Shown piece by piece: positions 51,009 through 60,927 of a stretch of 64,000 nucleotides of DNA. This DNA comes from a bacterium (GTDB lineage Bacteria > Patescibacteriota > Gracilibacteria > UBA1369 > GCA-2718715), in assembly GCA_002718715.1 (NCBI GenBank), contig PBFJ01000041.1, positions 28 to 64,027 on the forward strand. The letters run 5' to 3'. Position 1 is the first letter of the stretch; each line of letters starts with the position of its first letter. A model generated the notes under the pieces. The model searched no databases, was not told the origin of the DNA, and was given only the letters and a program-made list of their open reading frames with translations. The translations under genes were made by a program, and so were the position numbers.

Positions 51009-51947
51009 TTAATAGAATATTATTCCAACTATTAATACTGATATTAGCCATAAAAATACAACTAGTCTTATTGCTTTATCATGTATCAAAATAAGCTCTG
51101 GGTTTTCAGTAGTTATTGATTTACCATTATATTTTCTTATTTCAGAGATCTCAGGATCACTTATGAATTGATACCGGAATAAACCCATTAAAACAAAAGG
51201 TAAGGTTACCAGCATCCATGATGATGAAGCTCCATTTAGAGATGGACCAGCTGCCCATAAACTGTAGCTTATGAAAGTGCTTGATACTAATAAGCTTTCA
51301 TATCTAAGAAGTAAAGGAAGAGAATAGCTTCTAAGAATATCCCTTGTTAAGATAAGTGTTTTTTTGTAATACAAAAGTTCCGCTTTTCTCTTCTCAACTG
51401 CTAAAAATAGAGCTAAAAGACCAATTGTTAAAATAAACCATGGTGAAAATCTGAGTTCTGTCGCTACTAAACCTGCTATTGCTCTTAGTAGAAATCCTGA
51501 GGCAATACAAAAAATATCTAAAATAGGTTCCCTTTTTAATCTTATGCAATATGCAATTTGAATAAAGACATAAAGAAGAATTATAAAGAAAAATTGAAAA
51601 GATATTAATTGAGCTATCTTTAAACTAATTAATCCAAAAATTAAAGAAGCATTCTTAGCCAATGTTTTTGAGATTTTACCGCTTGCAATAGGTCTATAAC
51701 GTTTAATTGGATGCATTTTATCTTTAGATATATCTCTAAGATCATTAAATAAGTATATGGCTGAAGATATAAAGCAAAAACTTATAAACCCATAAAATGA
51801 TTTTAAAAAGATATACTGATTAAATTGAAAAGAAAATAATAATGATGCGAAAACTAATAAATTTTTAGACCATTGTATTGGTCTTATCGCTTGAAAAAAT
51901 GAAATAAAAAGTTTTAAAAAATAAGTTTTTGAAATTATCCCTTTCAA
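51009..51947 (-). CDS. Polyprenyl-phosphate 5-phosphoribosyltransferase (UbiA family, DPPR-synthase-like)
   Basis: RPIQWSKNLLVF, YLFNDLRD..D..HPIKRYRPIASG, GFLLRAIAG, KRKAE. Confidence 0.88.
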   Translation of the reverse strand: MKGIISKTYFLKLFISFFQAIRPIQWSKNLLVFASLLFSFQFNQYIFLKSFYGFISFCFISSAIYLFNDLRDISKDKMHPIKRYRPIASGKISKTLAKNASLIFGLISLKIAQLISFQFFFIILLYVFIQIAYCIRLKREPILDIFCIASGFLLRAIAGLVATELRFSPWFILTIGLLALFLAVEKRKAELLYYKKTLILTRDILRSYSLPLLLRYESLLVSSTFISYSLWAAGPSLNGASSSWMLVTLPFVLMGLFRYQFISDPEISEIRKYNGKSITTENPELILIHDKAIRLVVFLWLISVLIVGIIFY

Positions 51948-52065
51948 AATAATGATTGATTAAATTTTTATTTTATTTTTTATTGCAAATTTAAGGGTTG
52001 TTTTGTTTTAATTATTTATAAATTAATAATTAAAAAATAGCTTATTTTAACAAATATAAATTTAA

Positions 52066-53226
52066 TTAAAAATTATAGTGCTTTAAAAGTGGTAATGGAT
52101 CATAAGATCCAATTCCCCAAGGTCCTAGTAAGAAAATTGTAATCAGAAAAATATAAGTTAATAAACCAAAAAATTTTGGAAAATATAATTTTGATTCTTT
52201 TGCAGAAATAAGCATTAATAAGTTACAGCAAATTGTTGACGCAGCAAGAAATCTTGTATCATCTCTAGCAATAAAAGATAAAATTAAGGGAGAAAAGATA
52301 GATAATTTAAGATAAAGTGGCAATTTCACGAATTTAAAAACTAAATATAAAATAAAGCAGTAGTAAATAGTAATAAGATAACTTCCACCTAATAATGATT
52401 TTGGAGTAAGTAAAATAATGGAATGTTCAAAACTATCTTTTAAAGTATGAATTAGTTCTACATTCATAGAAGTTTCTAATTCCTTGCTTATATTTGTTAA
52501 ATAAATCCCTAGTTCCTCTCTGCCTGGTTCATATCTACCAAAAACTAATAGTAAAAAACCTGTAATTAAAGGGAGTAAAAAAATTGGTAGGATTTTTGAA
52601 ATTTTCTTATATCTTATATTCGGATATTTATAAAATAAAAGTCCAATAATTAAAGGGATATAGAAAAAAAGTGAAGCTTCATGAATTAGAAGCTGTAGAG
52701 AAATAATTAGTGAAATAAATATACATTTTTTAGTAAAAGAATAAGACTCACTAAGAGTTAATATTATTGTAAAAAGAGAAAAAACTAAGCATATTAGATC
52801 CATTCTCCCAATGTCATATCCTAACCTAAAAAATAAAACTGGACTTAAAGTAAATAAAGTATAAAAAGGTATTTTTTCTTTTAATTTCCAATCCTTAAAA
52901 CATGATCTTGTAAATATCCAGAAAGTAGTGCTAAATAAAACTGAAAAAAATAAATGAGAAGTTAATACCAATGATGAGGGATTAAGATTATCTGATAAAC
53001 GCAATATCTTAAATAGTGATCCTATTAAACCTCTTTTTATAAATCCTAAATCGAAATAATTAACATAATAATATCCTTTTAAAGTTGAACTTATAGAGCT
53101 TAAAGATCGAAAGGGGGGTAAAGAGACTATGAAAACTAAAAATATAGATGATATAAAATAATAAATTTCTATTAAATTCTCGCGGATAAGAAGACTTGTT
53201 TTGGATCTGTTATATTTAAAAAACAT
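52066..53226 (-). CDS. Integral membrane protein, candidate GT-C pentofuranosyltransferase
   Basis: About 9-10 TM segments; GFIKRGLIG, GRMD, IHEA, DDTRF; upstream of the ubiA operon. Confidence 0.5.
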   Translation of the reverse strand: MFFKYNRSKTSLLIRENLIEIYYFISSIFLVFIVSLPPFRSLSSISSTLKGYYYVNYFDLGFIKRGLIGSLFKILRLSDNLNPSSLVLTSHLFFSVLFSTTFWIFTRSCFKDWKLKEKIPFYTLFTLSPVLFFRLGYDIGRMDLICLVFSLFTIILTLSESYSFTKKCIFISLIISLQLLIHEASLFFYIPLIIGLLFYKYPNIRYKKISKILPIFLLPLITGFLLLVFGRYEPGREELGIYLTNISKELETSMNVELIHTLKDSFEHSIILLTPKSLLGGSYLITIYYCFILYLVFKFVKLPLYLKLSIFSPLILSFIARDDTRFLAASTICCNLLMLISAKESKLYFPKFFGLLTYIFLITIFLLGPWGIGSYDPLPLLKHYNF

Positions 53227-53235
53227 AATTAAAGT

Positions 53236-54264
53236 TTAAAAAAAACTAATATAAATATATTCGCCTAATGTTTCTATAATTCTTCCATTTAAACCTTCTT
53301 TAAATTTCTTAATGCCATTTGACGTTTTTTTATTAAAACCACCAAGATCAAATTCTTTCAAGCCCTTTTTTTTACTCTCAATAATTGCATGCCAAAGTAA
53401 TAAGGTATTTGCTTGAAATTTTCTACCCATATCATTCGTGAATCCAAATAAATATAAAGCTTTATCTTTGAATAACAATACACCAATACTACCTAAATTC
53501 TTGTCAGGTTCTTTTAAACTAGATGCCTGATATATTTTTAAACTTAATAGTCCATTATTTTCTGAATCGTTAAATAACCAATTTAAACATTTTTCATGAC
53601 TTATTGGAATAAATGATAAATTCATTGCATATTTATTGTATTCAATGAGAATATTTTTAATCATATTAATATCATTGATTTCTTTAGCTTTTGCAAATTT
53701 TAATCCTTTTTTAAGTCCATTTCGCCAATTCCCTCTAAGCTTTTTAAAAAGTTCTTGCTCTGATTTAAGTAAATCCACTATGTAGGTTTTTGTTGGATAT
53801 GATCTTAACTTTATAAAATTTAATTTTTTTAAATGCTTATCATATGAGTAAATATAAGAAGGTGAGAAAGATATCAATTTTGTGTATTTTTTTTTGATGA
53901 ATCTAATAATTTCAATTAATACAAGGTATTTATATTTATGGAATTCTTTACATATTAAAGGACCATCATTAATTCTAAAAAATTTAATTAATCCCAAACA
54001 AAAAGATTTTTTCGTTAAACTTACAATCCCATATATATTATTTTTATGGTAAATTTTTAGATAATATGAATAATCTTTATTAAGGTAATATCCAGGTGTT
54101 TGAATATGAGAAATATTTCTGAAATTTAATTTTTCATATATTTTTTTGTATTCAGATAAATCTATTTCATCAACAATAAATTTATTTTTTTTCCCCTTTA
54201 ATTTTTTTATTGGATTCTTACAAAATGAGTAATTTAATTTTGTAAAAATTTTTTCAATTCTCAT
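53236..54264 (-). CDS. FemAB/GNAT-type aminoacyl(-tRNA) transferase-like protein
   Basis: VDLLKSEQELFKKLRGNWRNGLKK, LLLWHAI, FDLGG, GIKKFKEGLNG. Confidence 0.8.
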   Translation of the reverse strand: MRIEKIFTKLNYSFCKNPIKKLKGKKNKFIVDEIDLSEYKKIYEKLNFRNISHIQTPGYYLNKDYSYYLKIYHKNNIYGIVSLTKKSFCLGLIKFFRINDGPLICKEFHKYKYLVLIEIIRFIKKKYTKLISFSPSYIYSYDKHLKKLNFIKLRSYPTKTYIVDLLKSEQELFKKLRGNWRNGLKKGLKFAKAKEINDINMIKNILIEYNKYAMNLSFIPISHEKCLNWLFNDSENNGLLSLKIYQASSLKEPDKNLGSIGVLLFKDKALYLFGFTNDMGRKFQANTLLLWHAIIESKKKGLKEFDLGGFNKKTSNGIKKFKEGLNGRIIETLGEYIYISFF

Positions 54265-54297
54265 ATTCAGAATTTTTAAAAAAATTGTACAACTTAA

Positions 54298-55701
54298 TTA
54301 ATATAATTTTAAAACAAAATTTTGAGGAAAATTAAATTGTTTTTTTATTAATAATCTTTTTATTATACCTCTACCAAGTTTATAAAAAAACTTTCGAGAA
54401 TCACTATATGTATCTTTAAATTTTTTGTAAAATTTTAAATTAAGAATATTCTGATTATTTTTTGAGTCATAAAAAATTAAAAACTTACCAATAATTTTTC
54501 CGTTTTCCAGTATTTTTATTTCTTTTTTTGTTGAGGAGTAAACTATTTTGAACGAATTTATATATTCTTCAAAACATCTTTCTATACAATTCTCAATGAT
54601 TTTTGAATTGATATCTTGATGAACGGGCAGTGTAATTTGATTCTTGAACCTTCTTTTGGCATTTTTATATTTATCTCTTGATTGCACTACTTCAGGCGGC
54701 AGGTCAGGCCAATTTCCAAAAGGCAAGCCATATAAATTATATTGTTTTAAAATCTTTGTTCTTTCTTTTGTATTTTTAAAATTAACTATACCTAGATACG
54801 GTATATATTCTAAATTTTCCATTTTCAAAAAAGGAAGTATCAATTTTAAATTTTTTTTCCATGAGTTAAAGTTTGATACTCTTTTCTTTTTTATAAAATC
54901 TATTTTTTCGTAATAAAGATTGAATAATCTTTTTGACATCACACCTAAATTATAATTTATCTTATAGTTTGAGCTATTATGATTATTGAAGTTCAGTTTT
55001 GGATATTTATATCCAAAGTATTTTCTAATCTTTCGCTTGAAAAATAAATACAGAAAATCTATTATTCTTCGTAGTTTAAAATCTTGATAATTCCTTTTCA
55101 GAACTAAATCAAAATTATTAAATTGTTTGTAATCAAAAGAATCTTTAAATTTAATGATGCTTCCATCTTCTATTCCAAATAATTTATGAGGACTATATAT
55201 CTCTATATCAGAAAAACTCTTTTCAAATGCAGTTAAACAATGAGTATTATCTTCTATTAATGTTATATTCTTTCTATTAATATATTCTAGTAAATCACTA
55301 TTTATTCTATTTTTTTTTCCAAAGTAGTTTACAAACAAAAAAATATCTACTTTGTTAAATTTTAATATTGAGATTAGTTTTTTACTTTTCAGAAGGTCGT
55401 GTTCATAAAAAATTATTTTTGCATTAGTTCTTCTTAATAAAGATAATGATTCGTTGCAAATAAAATCTGGAATAAAAATTGTTCTTTTACTCTTGAAAAT
55501 ACTTAGGTATTGGTAAATTCTTAATAAAGATAATGTTGAACGTGGATATAGAATTAGATTTTTGGATTTATAAAGAATCTTGTAGTGATCATTTTTTTTA
55601 TCTTTAAAAGCTTTGTAAAAAGAAAAGAATATATTTTTAGTTTTCATCAAGGGATATAGCGATATCCTATTTTTATAATTAATTTTTTGTGTTTGAGTCA
55701 T
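54298..55701 (-). CDS. Divergent DegT/DnrJ-type PLP-dependent enzyme with C-terminal extension
   Basis: IPDFICNE, VNYFG, IEDNTH, IYSPHKLFG, WPDLP, ITLPVHQ. Confidence 0.72.
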   Translation of the reverse strand: MTQTQKINYKNRISLYPLMKTKNIFFSFYKAFKDKKNDHYKILYKSKNLILYPRSTLSLLRIYQYLSIFKSKRTIFIPDFICNESLSLLRRTNAKIIFYEHDLLKSKKLISILKFNKVDIFLFVNYFGKKNRINSDLLEYINRKNITLIEDNTHCLTAFEKSFSDIEIYSPHKLFGIEDGSIIKFKDSFDYKQFNNFDLVLKRNYQDFKLRRIIDFLYLFFKRKIRKYFGYKYPKLNFNNHNSSNYKINYNLGVMSKRLFNLYYEKIDFIKKKRVSNFNSWKKNLKLILPFLKMENLEYIPYLGIVNFKNTKERTKILKQYNLYGLPFGNWPDLPPEVVQSRDKYKNAKRRFKNQITLPVHQDINSKIIENCIERCFEEYINSFKIVYSSTKKEIKILENGKIIGKFLIFYDSKNNQNILNLKFYKKFKDTYSDSRKFFYKLGRGIIKRLLIKKQFNFPQNFVLKLY

Positions 55702-55745
55702 GAATTATATTTAAATTAATTTGTAATTTTAAAAGATTAAAAAAT

Positions 55746-56729
55746 CTAATAATTATTAATTGATATTTTGTGCCAATCCCATGCTGATTGAAGAATGGTT
55801 TCAATTTTAGAGTATTTTGGCTCCCAATTAAGAATATTCTTTGCCTTTTTTATATCCGCAAATAATTTAGATGGATCACCAATTCTTTTAGGGCAAAATT
55901 CCTTTTTAATCTTCAAGCCTGTAATCGATTCTAGTGTATTTACAATATTCATAATACTTGTTCCAGAACCACTGCCTAAATTAAAAAAATCAGATTTGCC
56001 ATTTGAGTTAAGATACTCAATTGCGTTTAAATGAGCTCTAGCTAAATCATTTACATGTATATAATCTCTCACCGCAGTCCCATCTTTTGTATTGTAGTTA
56101 TTTCCAAATATTTTTAGCTTAATTCCTTTATTAATAGATTTAATTACAAGAGGTATTAAATGAGTTTCTGGATTATGATTTTCTCCAATTTCTTTATCAA
56201 AATCGGCTCCCGCAGCATTGAAATATCTCAAAGAAACATACTTTAAGTTAGATGATTTCTCGCACCATTTTAAAATCTTCTCACATAAAAGCTTTGTTTC
56301 TCCATAAGGACTTAAAGGTATAAGTTCTGAGTCCTCATTTACTGGTAAACTTTTTACTTCTCCATATACTGAGCAAGAAGATGAAAATATAATAGGTATT
56401 GAAAGTTCTGTGCAAATTCTCGTAACTGATTCCATTCCACCAATATTATTGGAAATGTAATCTAGAGGATTAATAAAAGATTCCTGTACATAGGCTGATG
56501 CTGCAAAATGCACTAAATAGTTTGGTTTTATTTTTGAGATTAGATCATATAATTTATTAGATTCCCTAACATCCATCAAGAAAAAATCACCCCATTTTAC
56601 GAACTCTTTATATCCTGTAGATAAATTATCTATAGTAAATATCTGATGTCCTTTACTTTTCGCATATTTACAGAAATGTGAGCCAATATAACCGGCCCCT
56701 CCCGTTACAATAATTCTTTGGCTATACAT
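55746..56729 (-). CDS. galE: UDP-glucose 4-epimerase
   Basis: TGGAGYIGSH, SSSCSVYG, PYGETK, LRYFNAAGA, ETHLIP, DGTAVRDYIHV. Confidence 0.93.
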   Translation of the reverse strand: MYSQRIIVTGGAGYIGSHFCKYAKSKGHQIFTIDNLSTGYKEFVKWGDFFLMDVRESNKLYDLISKIKPNYLVHFAASAYVQESFINPLDYISNNIGGMESVTRICTELSIPIIFSSSCSVYGEVKSLPVNEDSELIPLSPYGETKLLCEKILKWCEKSSNLKYVSLRYFNAAGADFDKEIGENHNPETHLIPLVIKSINKGIKLKIFGNNYNTKDGTAVRDYIHVNDLARAHLNAIEYLNSNGKSDFFNLGSGSGTSIMNIVNTLESITGLKIKKEFCPKRIGDPSKLFADIKKAKNILNWEPKYSKIETILQSAWDWHKISINNY

Positions 56730-57655
56730 TTAAGCCGCTTGTATTTAGATAATGTTAACACTATTCCTTGTATCTTTCTAAAAATTAACCTAAATAAAAT
56801 TCTAATAAATGAATAAGTTAATAAATATCTAAAACCACCTTTAATAAGATGCTCCCTAATAGAAATTAAATTTGTTTTAAGAGGATGGTTTATAAAATTA
56901 CTAATAAGTAGAAAAGTCTCCCAATTTTTAATATCTGCAGTTGAAATAATACCTTTAGAATGAAAATATCTAGAATTATTTCTGTGAATATTAATAATTC
57001 GCTTAGTAAATTCCTTGGATTTGCTCATGTTTTGTATATCTCTTCTATAAATCCCCAATGGCTCTGGAAAGTGCTTAATCTTTTCACCATTATCAATTAC
57101 TCTTATCCAAAAATCCCAATCCTCAACACCTAAGAATTTTTTGCCCTCTTTAAAAAAACCAACTTTATCAAAGATTTCTTTTTTTATAGTTATTGCTGAG
57201 GGAGATAAAGTATTACCCGAAATTAATAAATTTGAGAGATTTTTAGGCGGATTATTCCTTAAATAAAATAAATAATTATTACCTACAATAATCTCATCAT
57301 TTGATATTAATGAGTATCTTTTATTCTTAATAATTTCATATATTTTAGTAAGTTTGTTTGGAACCCACAAGTCATCAGCATCAAGCAAGCAAATATAAAT
57401 ACCATCAGAAGCTTTGATACCTGAATTTCTTGCAGCTCCAAGACCTTTATTTGATTGTGTTATAACTTTAATATTATTTTTAAGTTTGCAATTATTTAAG
57501 ATTTGAGAAGTATTATCAAAAGATCCGTCATCAACTGCAACTATCTCATAATTATTAAAATCTTGCTTCAGAATTGAATCAATTGTTCCTTCTAAAGTAT
57601 CTTCCACGTTGTAGCAAGGAACTATTATTGAAAAAAATATTTTGTTAGATTTCAT
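56705..57655 (-). CDS. GT2 family glycosyltransferase
   Basis: IIVPCYN, VDDGSFD, GLGAARN, LDADD, EDWDFW. Confidence 0.92.
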   Translation of the reverse strand: MKSNKIFFSIIVPCYNVEDTLEGTIDSILKQDFNNYEIVAVDDGSFDNTSQILNNCKLKNNIKVITQSNKGLGAARNSGIKASDGIYICLLDADDLWVPNKLTKIYEIIKNKRYSLISNDEIIVGNNYLFYLRNNPPKNLSNLLISGNTLSPSAITIKKEIFDKVGFFKEGKKFLGVEDWDFWIRVIDNGEKIKHFPEPLGIYRRDIQNMSKSKEFTKRIINIHRNNSRYFHSKGIISTADIKNWETFLLISNFINHPLKTNLISIREHLIKGGFRYLLTYSFIRILFRLIFRKIQGIVLTLSKYKRLKCIAKELL

Positions 57656-57786
57656 TATTATTATTCAATGTAAACCTTAATATCTAATCAAATAATCTTA
57701 ATATGAAAAAAATTGATTATAAAAATAACAATTAAAAATGTAATTAAAATTGTTAAATATTTATTAACTCTAATAATAAAAAGTTT

Positions 57787-59517
57787 CTAATAAACATTAT
57801 CTAAGTTCCTTGGGGGGAGATTTTTATAAATAAACTTTTTTTGAAGGCAATCTTCAATTAATTGTAAATTATTCTTTTTAAAATGAATTCTCTGAGTTTT
57901 TTGTTTTTTTATATTTTCGTAATTTATTAAATGATTATATTCTGGCAACCCATAACACATTACAGGTTTTTTATTCTCAAGTCCTTCTTCTAAAACTGTA
58001 GATGAATAAGATATCATACAGTCACAATTTTCTATTTCTTTATCTAGTGAAGTATCGTTTCTTAAAGTTATAAAATCCTTTAAATCTTCAAAAGCATTAT
58101 TTAAAATCTCAAGATTTATTTCATTCGGAACATCTCTTATTCTTACTATTAATTCAAAAATATTTTTATATTTTGAGATTTTTTTATATATTTCAAAAAT
58201 ACTCCCAAAAAACTCAGGTGATGATTCATAATAATATCTTCTCGCACCTAATTCTTTAACGGTCCCAACATATAAGATCTGAGTCCTTTTATTTCTTTTT
58301 TTTATATTTATTTCTTTTTTCGGAGAAGCTTTTTTATTATTAATAAAATTAATTTTTGAGTATTTTTTATCTAACGAATCTAAATAATCATCACAAAAAT
58401 GAGACTGACTTAATAAACTTATTTTTTTTTCCTTTGTAAAGGCTAGTCCAATACCAATTGATTTTGAAGCTAGTAAATTTGCTTGACCATTTTTTTGAGT
58501 TGTTTGAGAACCATGACTTATTAGATAAACGTTTTTATTTTTTTGACTTAAAACTCTTGATAAAGAAAAAAGATCAGGGAATCTTACTGAATGAAAAAAT
58601 GACTTTTTTATTTTTGAACTTCTAAATATTTTTTCAAGATATAAAGTAAAATTAAAGGTCGTGGATAAGTTTGAATATATTTGTTTGATTAAATAATTGT
58701 AAAATCTCTCATCGAGTAATGTCGAATTAACATTACTAATAAAATTAAAATTGTAATTTTTGCTAACAGGAAGTAAAAAAAATCCTACTTCTTTAAATTC
58801 TTTCCAAAAAATTAATTTAATTAATTGTTCAAATATTAATTTAATGATTCTTATATATGAGTTAGATGAGCAAAAGTAAATTACTGATTTGCCTTCAGAT
58901 ATAAATTTAGATTTTAAATAATCTAAAAAATATACCTTACTATCTGAAATTAAATAAACCTCCTTTCTATTTTTAAATAATAAATTCTTAAGTAGAAAGC
59001 TTTGAAAATATAAAACTGAATTATAAAATAAATTACCTCTTATTTCAGAATATCTATCAATATAAGAAAGTTTTCTTGTTTTGTTATCACTATATAAATA
59101 GTCTATTGCAATAAGGAGATCAATTTTTTTTGAATATTTAATCCGTTTATTTTTTTTTATAAGAATATAGTATTCAAAATCAGGTATAATTTCTTGCATA
59201 TAAAAAAAACGAGATATTTTAATTTCTAGGAATGGATCAAGTAATTCATCAAAATCTTTAACTTGATTAAAAACTTTAAATTTTTTTAAATTGTCTATCA
59301 GAAGATTCTTTGCTTTATTAGTTTTTAATAATAAACTTTCTGCATTTGAAGATACAATTATTGGGTTTGGGAAATAATGATTTATTTTTTTACGTTCAAA
59401 TTTGTTAAGTATGTATTTATTTAAAGTGAAGATATTTTTTTCTTTTTTGAAAAATCTTTTTCCTAATTTACTTTTATCAATTAGTACATAGAGGCTATTT
59501 TTATTGGTTTTAGACAT
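57787..59517 (-). CDS. Hypothetical surface-carbohydrate biosynthesis protein (possible GT-B transferase)
   Basis: 576 aa; LISHG, CDCMISYSSTVLEEGLENKKPV typical of GT-B/KpsS-like tails. Confidence 0.5.
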   Translation of the reverse strand: MSKTNKNSLYVLIDKSKLGKRFFKKEKNIFTLNKYILNKFERKKINHYFPNPIIVSSNAESLLLKTNKAKNLLIDNLKKFKVFNQVKDFDELLDPFLEIKISRFFYMQEIIPDFEYYILIKKNKRIKYSKKIDLLIAIDYLYSDNKTRKLSYIDRYSEIRGNLFYNSVLYFQSFLLKNLLFKNRKEVYLISDSKVYFLDYLKSKFISEGKSVIYFCSSNSYIRIIKLIFEQLIKLIFWKEFKEVGFFLLPVSKNYNFNFISNVNSTLLDERFYNYLIKQIYSNLSTTFNFTLYLEKIFRSSKIKKSFFHSVRFPDLFSLSRVLSQKNKNVYLISHGSQTTQKNGQANLLASKSIGIGLAFTKEKKISLLSQSHFCDDYLDSLDKKYSKINFINNKKASPKKEINIKKRNKRTQILYVGTVKELGARRYYYESSPEFFGSIFEIYKKISKYKNIFELIVRIRDVPNEINLEILNNAFEDLKDFITLRNDTSLDKEIENCDCMISYSSTVLEEGLENKKPVMCYGLPEYNHLINYENIKKQKTQRIHFKKNNLQLIEDCLQKKFIYKNLPPRNLDNVY

Positions 59518-60865
59518 TTTTAAATCTATCGCTAATTAAATCAGCATCATCTTGATTTCTAACTTCTATAAAAGAGACTTGATCATGAATTTTATGAAGA
59601 TAAACTTTATTTCCAACTAGTGAATTTTTTCTAATAACTTCTGTATGCGTAATACAACCAAGTCCATGTGATCCTAATAATAATGACTTTTTAAATTCTC
59701 TTGGAATATCTCCTTCATCTAACCTAACTAAATTGTTTTTACTTTTTTCCTGCCATGCCCAAGCATACTCTGATTTCGCTGGCATAACAGTATCTGCGCC
59801 TGAATTTAGGAAAGCTTTTATTAACTCATCAATTAAATTTTTATTTCTAAATGGGAAAGTAATTTCTGCATGAATAATAATATCTGGATGATAATTTAGT
59901 TCATTCTCAAGAACCTTCAGATGCCAACAATGAACATCTTCGATTGTTGACTTTGGGGTTGATAAATTAGACTCTCTTAGCTTTGCTATTGAAAATCCAA
60001 GATTCTTTGCCGTTTTGGCAGTATCTTCATTATCTGTAGCGACAAAATATGAGTCTACGAATTTACTAGAAAATATTGATTCTGACATATACTCTAATAA
60101 ATTAATATTTTTAAATTTGGGGATCACACCTTTAATTGGTATAACAAGGCATTTTTCGAAATTTTGATGATCTATAATTCCAGGTTTATGTTCAGTTGAT
60201 ATCTTTTCAATTATTTTGGTAACTCCTTCAAGTCTTTTACTATTCCCTGATTGATGTATCCCATGATAATGATAAACAGGTGCTTTGGGAGTATATTTGA
60301 TTTTATAGTTTTTCTTCAAAATCTCTCCAGCCCAGATTCTATCTTCAATATTCTCTACGTCATTGTTAAAGTTAATCTCTTCCCATACATCTCTTTTGAT
60401 AATAGAATTAGCATTATGAAAAAAACTATCTTTTTTCTGTATTCTCTCATCCTCTCCAAAAACAATAAGTAAATCTCTCTTATCTTCGTCACTTGAAAAG
60501 TCCATTGGAACTTGCTTTCCATAAACTCCGGCAAGTTTAGGATCTGAATTTATTTCTTCAAAAAGATCAGTTAGCCAATTGCTATTTATCGGTAGGCAAT
60601 GAGCAGATAAAATAACAATATGTAATCCTTCAGAGGCTTGAATACCCATATTAATTGCTTTACCAGGTTTATATTCTTTTATTTTTACTATTTTTTCAAC
60701 TCCATGTCTTTTCGCCTTTTCAACAGTTTTGTCATCACTAAAAGAATCTACAAGAATTATTTCGAAATTTTTATAGGATTGTTTTTTAATTCTTTCAATA
60801 CAAAGTCCTATCCATCGCTCTTCATTTTTTGTTCTTATAATTATTGATATTAAATTTTTCTTCAT
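59510..60865 (-). CDS. GT2 glycosyltransferase fused to a degenerate cytidylyltransferase (NeuA-like) domain
   Basis: N-terminal IIRTKNEE, VDSFSDD, LSAHC, FHNANS, EDRIW; C-terminal VATDN, TFPFR, IEVRNQDD. Confidence 0.8.
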   Translation of the reverse strand: MKKNLISIIIRTKNEERWIGLCIERIKKQSYKNFEIILVDSFSDDKTVEKAKRHGVEKIVKIKEYKPGKAINMGIQASEGLHIVILSAHCLPINSNWLTDLFEEINSDPKLAGVYGKQVPMDFSSDEDKRDLLIVFGEDERIQKKDSFFHNANSIIKRDVWEEINFNNDVENIEDRIWAGEILKKNYKIKYTPKAPVYHYHGIHQSGNSKRLEGVTKIIEKISTEHKPGIIDHQNFEKCLVIPIKGVIPKFKNINLLEYMSESIFSSKFVDSYFVATDNEDTAKTAKNLGFSIAKLRESNLSTPKSTIEDVHCWHLKVLENELNYHPDIIIHAEITFPFRNKNLIDELIKAFLNSGADTVMPAKSEYAWAWQEKSKNNLVRLDEGDIPREFKKSLLLGSHGLGCITHTEVIRKNSLVGNKVYLHKIHDQVSFIEVRNQDDADLISDRFKNV

Positions 60866-60927
60866 TAGGAATTAAATAATTTAAAAACCTTAGGGTCATT
60901 TTAACATTGAAAATAGTTTATTTATCT

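Noticed and set aside
51009-51947. Quinone or chlorophyll prenyltransferase
   Set aside because: RPxQWxKN and HPxKxxRPIASG motifs and linkage to dprE1/dprE2 point to a phosphoribosyltransferase
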